From the NCBI GenBank assembly GCA_964528875.1, contig CAZGUI010000004.1, positions 3,627 to 67,626 of the forward strand: a DNA stretch of 64,000 nucleotides, in the 5' to 3' direction. A model generated the notes under the pieces. It saw nothing but the letters and a program-made list of their open reading frames with translations. It was not told the DNA's origin and searched no databases. Each line of letters starts with the position of its first letter. The stretch's first letter is position 1. Source of the stretch: an uncultured Bacteroides sp. Its GTDB lineage: Bacteria; Bacteroidota; Bacteroidia; Bacteroidales; Bacteroidaceae. The position numbers and the translations under genes were made by a program. Positions 10,247 to 19,766 of the stretch are shown here, one piece after another.

Positions 10247-10740
10247 TGTTGCGCTTATGTTTACAATTTTTCAGAAATATTGCATATATTCTAACAAATG
10301 TAGTTATTTATTATTGTTCAATTGACAAATAATAAAACAATATTCTGAAAAATAAAGTAGCTTTTTATTAAAGAAAGATAAACTTCTAATGAAAAATTCT
10401 TCATATTATTTATATTATTAGTCTAAAAAACATAAATACATGTCATAGCGAATAAATGATGTTAGATGCGTTATCTTCGTTACCCATTATTTACCTATAA
10501 TGCAATCAACCCTAAAAACACAGAATAAAATGGTTTCTTTCGATTATAATATACTCTTGTACTATTGAAGCAAACGGGTTGGAAGGTTTAGATATTGAGT
10601 TAGTCCTTTAATCCTGTTTATTGAGGTTATTTGGAGCAGCTTTCTAAAACCACAAAGTTTGGAGTTAGAATAAACAAAAACCTCTATTTTCAAACCCTTT
10701 TTCCTCCCCTCCTCAGAATGACTATAAAGCTTGTTTTATC

Positions 10741-10817
10741 GGTCCTAGACCGAAGGCCTGTCGGTCTAGGACTGAAGGGTGCTCGGTCTAGGACCGAGAG
10801 GTCTTGGGTCTTAGACC
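10741..10817 (+). repeat. GC-rich phased-palindrome element, copy 1
   Basis: Four motifs exactly 22 bp apart: GGTCCTAGACC (10741), GGTCTAGGACT (10763), GGTCTAGGACC (10785), GGTCTTAGACC (10807). The core 10738-10798 is identical to 30151-30211. Confidence 0.95.
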
Positions 10818-10979
10818 CTATAAATTAAGATCCCTTATATTGACTTTTAACAATGTTTTATCTCAACTTAATCATAAATTAAAAAGGAATGACTTACTTT
10901 AAATTTGAAAAGGTAATCGTTCTCATTAATTATGACGAGGACAGAAAAACCTTATGATTAAAGTTTAAATAAAAAAACA

Positions 10980-12284
10980 ATGATAAATAAAAAGAACAAT
11001 TTGTTCTCCATCGTTTTATTCCTACTTGCGTTTCTCTGTATAACTCCCCTTGTTGGTCAAGTAAAGGATGCCAATGAACATATAGGTCATTTGATTAATC
11101 AGAATAATCTTTTTGAATTAAACCGTGAATACCCTAAATATCAACACTCCATAAAACCGGCTTTAAGTACTCTTACCGAAGTGTTACTCTACAATGCAAA
11201 TAATCAAATAGATAAAACACTTGTTGCTGTAGAGAATCTGGTTAAAAATCATCAGGAACTAGGCTTTGACCCTGTTATGAATATGATACTTTTATGGGGG
11301 AAACTTTTAATTAAAAAAGGAGAATATAAAGAAGCCTATCAACTGTTACAGCATCAACTCAATGACCCTATTGTTCAACAACATGCATCCAAAGAGCTAC
11401 TTTTTCATTTGGATAATGTCCGTATTCAAGCTGAAGCATTACAGCATTGCCCTAAAAGTAGTCTAAAAAGAGGCTTATCTAACAGTGTTGTGTCTTTAAT
11501 TGATGGGAATAAAGTTCCAGCTAAAGTAAATGGCAATGACGCTTTATTTATACTGGATACCGGAGCTGATGGTCCTGCATTTGTATCTAAACAATTTGCA
11601 ATAGAACATAAAATAAAGATTTTTCCTCAGGTAATTCATACCAGTGGCACGGTAAACACAGGTAAAACAAATATAGGTTTCATTGATAGTTTAGAGATTG
11701 GAAATGTGGTTTACAGAAATTTTTGGACTTTAGTGTCTCCCGATAATCGTATTTTTTATAATGACACCGTTATAGCAAAAATAGATGCTGTACTTGGAAG
11801 GCATTTTATGGATGACATAGGTGAGATTCATTTTCTTCCTACTGAAAAGAAAATTATATTTCCAGTTAATCCCGTTGTACCTCATGCAGAAAAGAACATT
11901 TTATTGGTAAATGGACAACCTTATATTGAAGTATTAATCAATCGAAAAAAATACCCCTTACACCTGGATACAGGTGGAGGTATTGCTTTATACTCAAATT
12001 ATTTTAGGGAAAACAAAAGCTGGGTTATACAACACGGCAAGGAAGATTCCTTGGGTATAGGTGGTTTTGGGGGTTCTAAACGCTTCCCTATATATTCCAT
12101 ACCTTCCATGAAGCTCTCTATTGCAGGAGTTCCTACCCTTTTAGAAGAAGTGCCTGTTTTCATTACTGATGATTTTAATTTTTCTAAAAACAATTACGGC
12201 ATGCTGGGTATGGATGTATTGAGTCGCTTTTATAAAGTGATATTCAACTTCAAAGATATGTACTTCAAAATTGAACGATTGTAG
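10980..12284 (+). CDS. Secreted retropepsin-like aspartyl protease with two DTG motifs
   Basis: Signal peptide MINKKNNLFSIVLFLLAFLCITPLVG, a helical N-terminal region, then FILDTGADGPAF and LHLDTGGGIALY. Confidence 0.75.
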   Translation: MINKKNNLFSIVLFLLAFLCITPLVGQVKDANEHIGHLINQNNLFELNREYPKYQHSIKPALSTLTEVLLYNANNQIDKTLVAVENLVKNHQELGFDPVMNMILLWGKLLIKKGEYKEAYQLLQHQLNDPIVQQHASKELLFHLDNVRIQAEALQHCPKSSLKRGLSNSVVSLIDGNKVPAKVNGNDALFILDTGADGPAFVSKQFAIEHKIKIFPQVIHTSGTVNTGKTNIGFIDSLEIGNVVYRNFWTLVSPDNRIFYNDTVIAKIDAVLGRHFMDDIGEIHFLPTEKKIIFPVNPVVPHAEKNILLVNGQPYIEVLINRKKYPLHLDTGGGIALYSNYFRENKSWVIQHGKEDSLGIGGFGGSKRFPIYSIPSMKLSIAGVPTLLEEVPVFITDDFNFSKNNYGMLGMDVLSRFYKVIFNFKDMYFKIERL

Positions 12285-12360
12285 AATCAAAAACTTATCG
12301 AAATAAAAGTATATCTATCTGTTAAAAAGCTCCTTTTGAGTGATATGCTGATGTAATAAA

Positions 12361-13722
12361 TTAACTTACCCTATGTTTTTTGTGTTGAATTCGTTTGTAA
12401 ACAAAGAAAAACCATAAAGGTAGAATTACTCCTTTGCAAAAGGTAGATATAGCTATAGCCCACCATACTCCCATAATACTTCCCATAGATGTAGCCAAGT
12501 AGATAGCTAAAGGAATTCGTAACAGGTTAAAAGTCATACTTATAATAGCTGGCTCAATGGTTCGTCCTATACCATTAAACATGCCTTGTGATGTTAATTC
12601 CAACATTAAAAATAGTTGTACGGTTCCCATAACAAAAAGATACTGTGCTCCGGCATTCATTGCATCTTCATGTGGTACAATGATACCAAATAAATTTCTA
12701 CCATAAAAAATGAAAGTCAGGCTAACTATAACCCCTAAAACTCCTAGAATTTTCAAGGTATATTTATAAGCTTGAACTGCACGTTCCATTTTATTTGCCG
12801 CAAAATTTTGTGCAACAAAAGCAGTCAAAGCTGTAGAAAAACCTTGTGAAGTATTCCATGTTATGGCTTCAATCTGTCCTCCTGTAGTTTGCGACATCAT
12901 ACCCAAATGCCCCCCATGAATGGATGCAATACGTGCTAAAGTGAGATTGATAATGGCATAAATGCTATTCATGATTGAAACCGGAGTACCTAAGAATAAA
13001 ATTCGCTTCAAATAAGGTTTCTTTAAATGTGTAAGAAAAGGAAAATGACCAATAATACTTCCTTTGATTCGGATTTGATAATAAAACAAAAGGAAAACTG
13101 CAAACTGAGAAATCATCATTCCAACAGCAGCACCATGAAAACCCATATTAAAACCAAACATAAAAAGAGGATCTAGTGTCATGTTTAACGCTAACCCTAT
13201 GGCATTATTCTTAAAAGGAATGGTACTTCGCCCGGAACCATTATAGATTCCCGTGAAATTATAAGATAGAAACTGCAAGGGCAAAATTAAAACTACCATA
13301 CGCAAGAAAGAGACTGCCTCTGATGTAGTTTGTTCATCTAACTTAAAAAAAGAAAGTAAAGGATAAGCTGCAAAAAACAAAAATGATGCCCAAACTATGC
13401 CAATAACAACAGCTAGTGTGGTTGCATGTGATGCAAAAATTCTGGCTCGTCCCATTTTTCTGGCACCGATTGATTGTCCCACAGAAACTTCAACACCAAT
13501 CATTGATAGATAAGCTATGGATGATGACAACCACAAAAGCATTCCAATTCCTCCAATAGCTGCCTCATAGCGTGCTGCATTTTCCCCTAAACGACCAATC
13601 CAAGCCATTGCCATTAGGGTATAAGCCATTTGCAAAAAGCTGGTTCCCATTAAAGGGAATGCTAGTTTTAATAATGTGGGTAATACTTTTCCTTGAGTTA
13701 AATTGGATATTTTTATTGACAT
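12361..13722 (-). CDS. MATE family efflux transporter
   Basis: 453 aa with about 12 TM helices. Typical MATE N-terminus LLKLAFPLMGTSFLQMAYTLMAMAWIGRLG. Confidence 0.9.
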   Translation of the reverse strand: MSIKISNLTQGKVLPTLLKLAFPLMGTSFLQMAYTLMAMAWIGRLGENAARYEAAIGGIGMLLWLSSSIAYLSMIGVEVSVGQSIGARKMGRARIFASHATTLAVVIGIVWASFLFFAAYPLLSFFKLDEQTTSEAVSFLRMVVLILPLQFLSYNFTGIYNGSGRSTIPFKNNAIGLALNMTLDPLFMFGFNMGFHGAAVGMMISQFAVFLLFYYQIRIKGSIIGHFPFLTHLKKPYLKRILFLGTPVSIMNSIYAIINLTLARIASIHGGHLGMMSQTTGGQIEAITWNTSQGFSTALTAFVAQNFAANKMERAVQAYKYTLKILGVLGVIVSLTFIFYGRNLFGIIVPHEDAMNAGAQYLFVMGTVQLFLMLELTSQGMFNGIGRTIEPAIISMTFNLLRIPLAIYLATSMGSIMGVWWAIAISTFCKGVILPLWFFFVYKRIQHKKHRVS

Positions 13723-13859
13723 ATTTATTTTCTAAACAATGAATTAAAACAATTGGTTAAAGCATCAAAGCAGAAAGGAGACAACAATCCGAGGTCTTTT
13801 TTGTTTGATGAGTGTATATAAATTCTCTATTTTTACGCAAAATTAGAAATTAAGAAAGA

Positions 13860-14777
13860 ATGAATGAAAAAATTAAAGGAGGAATAACCGTATTCTTAGG
13901 AGGATGTAGCTTTGGTGTTCTTTCAACGATTGTAAAGTTAGCTTATGAACAAGGGTTTACTGTAGGGCAAATTACCGGGACACAAACCCTTTTGGGTGTT
14001 GCAATACTTTGGTCCATTTACCTACTTCAAAAATCATTTAAACCTCAAAGTGTCAAAATAAAAAACATAGAGGGACAGAATAAACGCACTCCACTTTGGA
14101 AAGTTGCTGTTGCCGGCTCTTTTACAGGGTTAGTGGGTATTTTTTATTATAATTCTGTTCATTATGTCCCTGCTTCCATTGCCATTATCTTATTGATGCA
14201 ATATCTTTGGATTAGTATCTTAATTGAATGGATATGGTTCAAAAAGCGTCCACATAAAATGCAGGTAATTGCTGCGGCTATTGTCTTTTTGGGTACTCTC
14301 CTAGCAGGGGGTGTTTTCAGTGATAAAGTAGATACACTAAGTTTAAAAGGTATAATATATGGTTTTTTAGCTGCTATCTCTTATTCCATATTCTTAATGA
14401 CTAGTGGAAGGGTTGGTAATGAATTACCTGTATTTAAGAAAAGTGCTTTAATGATTACAGGCTCTATGATACTGACATGGATAATTTTCCCTCCTCTGTT
14501 TTTAATCGATGGAACTTTCTTTAATGGATTATATTTATGGGGGTTAGCTTTAGCTTTATTGGGAACAGTAACTCCTCCCCTTTTCTTTTCCTCGGGAATT
14601 CCTCGTGTAGGTGTATCGTTGGGTGCAATTCTAAGTGCTTCTGAATTACCTGTAGCAGTAACCTCTTCATATTTCATACTTAAAGAAGATGTTCAGGCGT
14701 TACAATGGTTAGGCGTTTTTCTTATTTTAGCAGCTATCGCTTTAACAAACTTAAAAGTGAAGAAAGCAAAAAACTAA
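13860..14777 (+). CDS. EamA/DMT superfamily transporter
   Basis: 305 aa with about 10 TM helices arranged as two repeated halves, typical of drug/metabolite transporters. Confidence 0.8.
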   Translation: MNEKIKGGITVFLGGCSFGVLSTIVKLAYEQGFTVGQITGTQTLLGVAILWSIYLLQKSFKPQSVKIKNIEGQNKRTPLWKVAVAGSFTGLVGIFYYNSVHYVPASIAIILLMQYLWISILIEWIWFKKRPHKMQVIAAAIVFLGTLLAGGVFSDKVDTLSLKGIIYGFLAAISYSIFLMTSGRVGNELPVFKKSALMITGSMILTWIIFPPLFLIDGTFFNGLYLWGLALALLGTVTPPLFFSSGIPRVGVSLGAILSASELPVAVTSSYFILKEDVQALQWLGVFLILAAIALTNLKVKKAKN

Positions 14778-14815
14778 GATTGTACATTAGGTATTAAATA
14801 AGAATAGATAAAGCA

Positions 14816-14852
14816 AAAGAGACTGTTCAAGGGTTTACCGAACAGTCTCTTT
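14816..14852. terminator. Bidirectional hairpin between convergent genes
   Basis: AAAGAGACTGTTC (14816-14828) pairs perfectly with GAACAGTCTCTTT (14840-14852). Confidence 0.55.
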
Positions 14853-14892
14853 AAATTTATAAAAATGCATAAAGAGTGGAAAAAATAAAATC

Positions 14893-16224
14893 TTAATAAC
14901 TTAAGCGAAGTCCGGCATTAATGTCGAAATTAAAAGGACGATCACTACGTATGGTTTCAAAGTCCGAACCATCTTTGAAGTAGTATGCAACCCCTGGCTC
15001 TATATAGAAACCCACGTGTTTTGAAAGGTTGATTTGTGCACCAACGCCACCTGAAACTGCAAATTGCATTCTGTTATTAGTAACCTTCTTACTACCTTGT
15101 TTACCATATACTGCACGTTCAACACTTCCTCCTACTGAGGCATAGAGTTGAAAAACTTTGTGCTTATAAAAATCGTAGTTCACATGTACAGGTATTCCTA
15201 AATAGTGAAATTTCTGAGATAATTCAGCATTTTCATTATCTCCTTGAACTTTAATGTCAGAAGACAATAAAGTATATGTTATACCGGTTGATAAGGATAA
15301 TCTATCTGTGAAATATTTCCGAACAGAAACCCCGAAAGTAATGGGTTGGTTATGTTTATATTCCAATGCTTCATCGGACATACGATAAGCTTTACCTTTT
15401 ATCATAACAAGCTTTTGATCCATAGTTGCAGCCATACCATTTTCCAAACTTCTCACTTCATCCTCACTCATTAGTATAGTGGAAAGAGGAGAAATGCCAT
15501 TTACCGATGGCCCCGTATTATTAGCCATTAATCCGGCAGAACCAGCAGCTAAGCCCATTGACCAACTTTTATTTTGTTTGGCAGAACTACTTATAGGAAT
15601 ATGTAGTTTGTCTGAACTCGAACGTTGTCTGCTTTGTGTTTTAGTTGTTGATTCAGACCTCTTCTCTTTTTCAGTAAAGGGTTTGATATTGCTTTCAGAA
15701 TAAAGTTCTACAACGTTTGAATTTGTTGAATCTACATCGTCTTTATCATTATCAACTACCGAAGTTTGTTCATCAAGTACCCCTTTTTCTTCTAGGACAA
15801 TTTGAATTGTCTTAGGTTCTTCTGATAGAGAATTCAAAGAACCGGTTTTACTATCACTTGTTACAACCTTAGCTAAAACAGCAGTCTCTTCTACAAAAGG
15901 AATTAAATCAGTTGACTCTAAAGGCTCAGGAGCAGAAGGAAGAACATTAGGTGTCGACTCAGTGATTGCTTTTTGTGTAATATTTGTGATATCAGTTTCA
16001 GGTATCGTATTCACTAAAAACCAACTGCCTACCCCTAATAAAAGGGTTATAGAAGCAGCAACACCTATATATGCCCATCTCCTAAATGGTATGACTTTCT
16101 TTGGTGCAGATGCATTTAAGCTCTTATTTAAACGATCCCATCCTCCTACAGGAACTGCTTCCGAATGATCTTCAAGCTTATCTTTTAGAGCTTTAAGCCA
16201 TAAATCTTTATCATCTATCTTCAT
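14893..16224 (-). CDS. Anti-sigma-like N-terminal region fused to a C-terminal outer-membrane beta-barrel domain
   Basis: Sits directly downstream of the ECF sigma gene. Cytoplasmic N-terminus, TM helix WAYIGVAASITLLLGVGSWFLV, a long S/T/E/D-rich linker, then an alternating-hydrophobic C-terminal region ending NAGLRLSY. Confidence 0.7.
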   Translation of the reverse strand: MKIDDKDLWLKALKDKLEDHSEAVPVGGWDRLNKSLNASAPKKVIPFRRWAYIGVAASITLLLGVGSWFLVNTIPETDITNITQKAITESTPNVLPSAPEPLESTDLIPFVEETAVLAKVVTSDSKTGSLNSLSEEPKTIQIVLEEKGVLDEQTSVVDNDKDDVDSTNSNVVELYSESNIKPFTEKEKRSESTTKTQSRQRSSSDKLHIPISSSAKQNKSWSMGLAAGSAGLMANNTGPSVNGISPLSTILMSEDEVRSLENGMAATMDQKLVMIKGKAYRMSDEALEYKHNQPITFGVSVRKYFTDRLSLSTGITYTLLSSDIKVQGDNENAELSQKFHYLGIPVHVNYDFYKHKVFQLYASVGGSVERAVYGKQGSKKVTNNRMQFAVSGGVGAQINLSKHVGFYIEPGVAYYFKDGSDFETIRSDRPFNFDINAGLRLSY

Positions 16225-16253
16225 ATCTTCTCTCTATTATAATAAAAGCATCC

Positions 16254-16796
16254 TTACCTATTCTCTTCAAGCCAATGATTTATGCTGTCTGCTAATGAAC
16301 ATCTGGCTCTATACAACTGAGAGGCTGATGATTTCTCATTGATTCCCAGTAATTCTGCTATCTCTTTATGCGTTTTATTTTCTAATACAAAAAGGTTAAA
16401 TACCGTTCTGTATCCATCAGGTAATTCTGATATAAATTTCAAAAGCACCTGATTGGGTATTTGTTCCATCTGTTCCGTCTCAACTTCTTTCTCCGGTAGT
16501 TCTTCAACTAACACCATTTGATCATTACGTTGCCTTTCTCTTAAATATTGTAATGCCGTATTAACCATAACTCTCGACATCCAAGCTCTTAAAGAACCGT
16601 TGCCTCGCCAAGTGAATTGATCTATAGCTGAAAATATTTTGATAAACCCATCGTGTAACAAATCTTCCGCTGTGGATCGATCCCCTACATAACGTATACA
16701 GATAGCTAATAGTCTCCCCGCATAAAGCTCATAAAGCTCCTTGCGAGCAGTATTATTTCCCTGCTTACATTTTTCTGACAGCTCAAATTCTTCCAT
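16254..16796 (-). CDS. ECF-type RNA polymerase sigma-70 factor
   Basis: Region 2 (AEDLLHDGFIKIF) and region 4 HTH (THKEIAELLGINEKSSASQLYRAR). Confidence 0.9.
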   Translation of the reverse strand: MEEFELSEKCKQGNNTARKELYELYAGRLLAICIRYVGDRSTAEDLLHDGFIKIFSAIDQFTWRGNGSLRAWMSRVMVNTALQYLRERQRNDQMVLVEELPEKEVETEQMEQIPNQVLLKFISELPDGYRTVFNLFVLENKTHKEIAELLGINEKSSASQLYRARCSLADSINHWLEENR

Positions 16797-16987
16797 TCTT
16801 GCTAATGCGCATTTACTTATTAAATACTGATTGATACGAAATACTGCATGCTATTAATACCTAATTAATGTTTTTTGTTTTTTTAACAAAATCCCAAGCA
16901 ATACAAACGCTATACATGCGTTTTATGGTTAGAGGAATCAATATGAACAAAAATAGATTATTTTATAAAACTAAACTCATTTAAAGT

Positions 16988-17731
16988 ATGAAAAATATTA
17001 AAATACTCTTTACAGCTTTCCTGATGCTAGCTCTAGCAATGGGTGTAACTTCCTGTTTAGATGATGATGAAAACAATTGGCAACCAATTGCTGCGACATT
17101 TAGAGTGGTGGATGATAGTGACAATGATTATTATTTTGAAATAGAAAATGAAGGTAAAATAGAGAAAATGTACCCTGGATACAGAAGTAATTCAAAAAGA
17201 CCTGATTTACCCGATGGACAACGTGTCATTGTCTTTTTTGAATTATTAGAGGAGAAAGTATCCGGATATGAATACAATATAAAAATATATGGTATTAATG
17301 AGATACTAACCAAAAACATTATTCCAATTACTGAGGAAACTAACGATAGTATTGGAAACGATCCTATAGATATTGTAGGTTCTCGAATTAGTCTAGATAA
17401 AGAATTTATTCATATGAGTTTTCAGTATCATCATTATCGTAGTTCAACTGAGAAACACATGCTGAACTTAGTTATTAATGAGGATAGTCCTGAGGATGAT
17501 TATATCAATCTTGAGTTTAGACATAACGCTTATGATGAGTTAGGACCTGATGTAGCTTCTGGTTTAGTTACTTTCCGTTTAGCTAAGGTTGCAGATCAAT
17601 TAGAAACCAAGAAAGGCATCCGAATTACTTATAAGTCGATCAATAGTGGAACTAAGGTAAAAGAGCTTTCTTTAACAGAAAAATCTCCGATAAAACCTGA
17701 AACTAAAATGGGGGTAAATACCATTAAATAA
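16988..17731 (+). CDS. Lipoprotein, tentatively NigD-like
   Basis: Lipobox LAMGVTSC followed by an acidic stretch DDDENN. DGQRVIVFFELL...INEILTKNI resembles the NigD N-terminal OB domain. The family name is from memory only. Confidence 0.5.
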   Translation: MKNIKILFTAFLMLALAMGVTSCLDDDENNWQPIAATFRVVDDSDNDYYFEIENEGKIEKMYPGYRSNSKRPDLPDGQRVIVFFELLEEKVSGYEYNIKIYGINEILTKNIIPITEETNDSIGNDPIDIVGSRISLDKEFIHMSFQYHHYRSSTEKHMLNLVINEDSPEDDYINLEFRHNAYDELGPDVASGLVTFRLAKVADQLETKKGIRITYKSINSGTKVKELSLTEKSPIKPETKMGVNTIK

Positions 17732-17736
17732 TTGAA

Positions 17737-17774
17737 AATGAAAGAAGTGATTTTACTTCTTTCATTCGTTTTTG
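17737..17774 (+). terminator. Intrinsic terminator after the NigD-like gene
   Basis: AATGAAAGAAGT (17737-17748) pairs with ACTTCTTTCATT (17755-17766), followed by CGTTTTTG. Confidence 0.7.
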
Positions 17775-17800
17775 TTAACTTAGATTAAGTTCGTGTTTGT

Positions 17801-17849
17801 AAAATGTAGAAAGCAGGTATCTATAAGTGATGCCTGCTTTCTACATTTT
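17801..17849. terminator. 17-bp perfect hairpin downstream of holA
   Basis: AAAATGTAGAAAGCAGG (17801-17817) pairs with CCTGCTTTCTACATTTT (17833-17849). Confidence 0.6.
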
Positions 17850-17887
17850 GTTTCGATGAAATAATATTGTGATTAATAAAATTGAGA

Positions 17888-18916
17888 TTAATGCATTATC
17901 TTAAATAAGAGTTCTTTTAAGATGTCCCCATCAGACATAGATACATTATTTACACCTTTACTTTGTGCATCAGCATACCGAATATCACTAATTATATTCA
18001 TTGTCTTAATTCCAGAGAAGCGTCTCATACCTTGCATATAGTTTTTAGCTTGCCATTCAAAACGCAAACCTAGCATCTCGGCAATCCCTTTCTCTGTTTT
18101 AGATGGAGCATAATAAGCCAACATTAAGTTTGAAAAGTAGTTAAAAAGAACAGTCAGCGTAACTTGTATCGGGTTATTCCTAGGATTGTCATTGAAGTAT
18201 TTTATGATTTGATTTATTTTATACACATCCCCCGAAATTACAGCACTTTGTAATTCAAAATTATTATACTGTTTACTTATACCAATATTTTGTTCTACGA
18301 CATCCGGAGTTATAAACTGATCTTTTCCTGCACATACAATTAATAGTTTATCCAGTTCACTAGCTAAACGAGTTAAATCAGGACCAATAAAGTCACCTAA
18401 CATAGCAGATGCTTTCCCATCTATTCGTGTTCCACGTTGCTTTACGTAGTCTGATATAAATGTGGATAGATCTCTTTCTCTTACAGCAACTGAATCAAAG
18501 ATAACTCCATGTTTACGTATTAAATTAACTACTTTCCTGCGACGATCCAGCACCCCATGTTTATGGCAAAAAACCAAAATGGTACTAGGTGCCGGGTTCT
18601 GTAAATAATACTCCAGGTTATCGATATCTTTTATGTTCTGAGCTTCTTTAACAATAATCACTTGGTATTTTGACATCATGGGATATCGTTTAGCTGCTGT
18701 TACTATGCTAGCCATACTCGCTTCCATACCGTAAAAGATAGTTAGATTAAATTCTTTTTCTTCTTCGGTCAGAATGTTTTTCTCAAAGAAATCTGAGAGT
18801 TCATCAATATAATAGCCCTCCTCTCCCATTAAATAGTAGATAGGACAATATTTCTTAATGCGTAATTGTGATAAAATATCAAAATAGGAAATGTGTTCTT
18901 TAGCCATAATTACCAT
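17888..18916 (-). CDS. holA: DNA polymerase III subunit delta
   Basis: 342 aa. YLMGEEGYYIDELSDFF and IIVKEAQNI are typical clamp-loader delta motifs. An alternative start MAKEH at 18907 would remove the 7-nt overlap. Confidence 0.85.
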   Translation of the reverse strand: MVIMAKEHISYFDILSQLRIKKYCPIYYLMGEEGYYIDELSDFFEKNILTEEEKEFNLTIFYGMEASMASIVTAAKRYPMMSKYQVIIVKEAQNIKDIDNLEYYLQNPAPSTILVFCHKHGVLDRRRKVVNLIRKHGVIFDSVAVRERDLSTFISDYVKQRGTRIDGKASAMLGDFIGPDLTRLASELDKLLIVCAGKDQFITPDVVEQNIGISKQYNNFELQSAVISGDVYKINQIIKYFNDNPRNNPIQVTLTVLFNYFSNLMLAYYAPSKTEKGIAEMLGLRFEWQAKNYMQGMRRFSGIKTMNIISDIRYADAQSKGVNNVSMSDGDILKELLFKIMH

Positions 18917-19689
18917 TCGAACTTTAAATGACGTACTGTTTTTTTCTCGTCTATAATCATGCGTAAAGATGCAATGCCAATAGCTAAATGTTCAGAAACA
19001 AACTTGTTGGTTACTACAGAATCGCTTTTATCTGTTTTAACTCCTTCAGGAATCATGGGTTGGTCGGAAACAAGAAGTAAGGCACCAACTGAAATATGAT
19101 TTGCAAAACCCACACTAAATAGCGTTGCTGTCTCCATATCAACAGCCATAGCACGTGTTGAACGCAAATAGTCTTTAAACCTTTCATCGTGTTCCCAAAT
19201 TCTACGATTAGTAGAATAAACAGTCCCTGTCCAATAATCTTGTCCGTGATCTCTTATTGCTGATGAAACAGCACGCTGCAGCATAAAAGAGGGTAAAGAA
19301 GGCACTTCAGGAGGCATATAGTCATTAGAGGTTCCTTCACCACGAATAGCAGCTATAGGAAGAATTAAATCTCCTATTTTTGTTTTATCATCCTTTATGC
19401 CACCACATTTTCCCAAAAACAAACAAGCTTTGGTTTTAATAGCACTGAGTAAGTCCATTATTATGGCTGCATTTGGGCTTCCCATACCAAAATTAATGAT
19501 AGTAATTCCATTGGCTGATGCGGAACACATGTTAGCTTCACGCCCCACAACTTCCACATTGAAATGTTCTGCAAAAAGATCAACGTAGTGATCAAAGTTG
19601 GTTAATAATATATATTCATCAAAATCCTCTAAACGTCGTTTTGTGTATCTAGGTAGCCAATTCTTAACTATATCTTCCTTTGTTTTCAT
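18910..19689 (-). CDS. PNP/UDP-1 family nucleosidase (short AMP nucleosidase type)
   Basis: 259 aa. GMGSPNAAIIMDLL and AVDMETATLF are nucleoside phosphorylase-fold motifs. Confidence 0.75.
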   Translation of the reverse strand: MKTKEDIVKNWLPRYTKRRLEDFDEYILLTNFDHYVDLFAEHFNVEVVGREANMCSASANGITIINFGMGSPNAAIIMDLLSAIKTKACLFLGKCGGIKDDKTKIGDLILPIAAIRGEGTSNDYMPPEVPSLPSFMLQRAVSSAIRDHGQDYWTGTVYSTNRRIWEHDERFKDYLRSTRAMAVDMETATLFSVGFANHISVGALLLVSDQPMIPEGVKTDKSDSVVTNKFVSEHLAIGIASLRMIIDEKKTVRHLKFEW

Positions 19690-19766
19690 AAAAAATGAAT
19701 TATGTTTGTGAAGTATTCCATGTAAAGTAGAGCTATAGGCTCATTCACTATTTACAAAAATAACAA

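Noticed and set aside
10631-10828. 65-aa + ORF in the intergenic region upstream of the aspartyl protease gene.
   Set aside because: Its C-terminal half (VLDRRPVGLGLKGARSRTERSWVLDP) is simply the translated GC-rich repeat element. The same DNA occurs in other intergenic sites and in both orientations.
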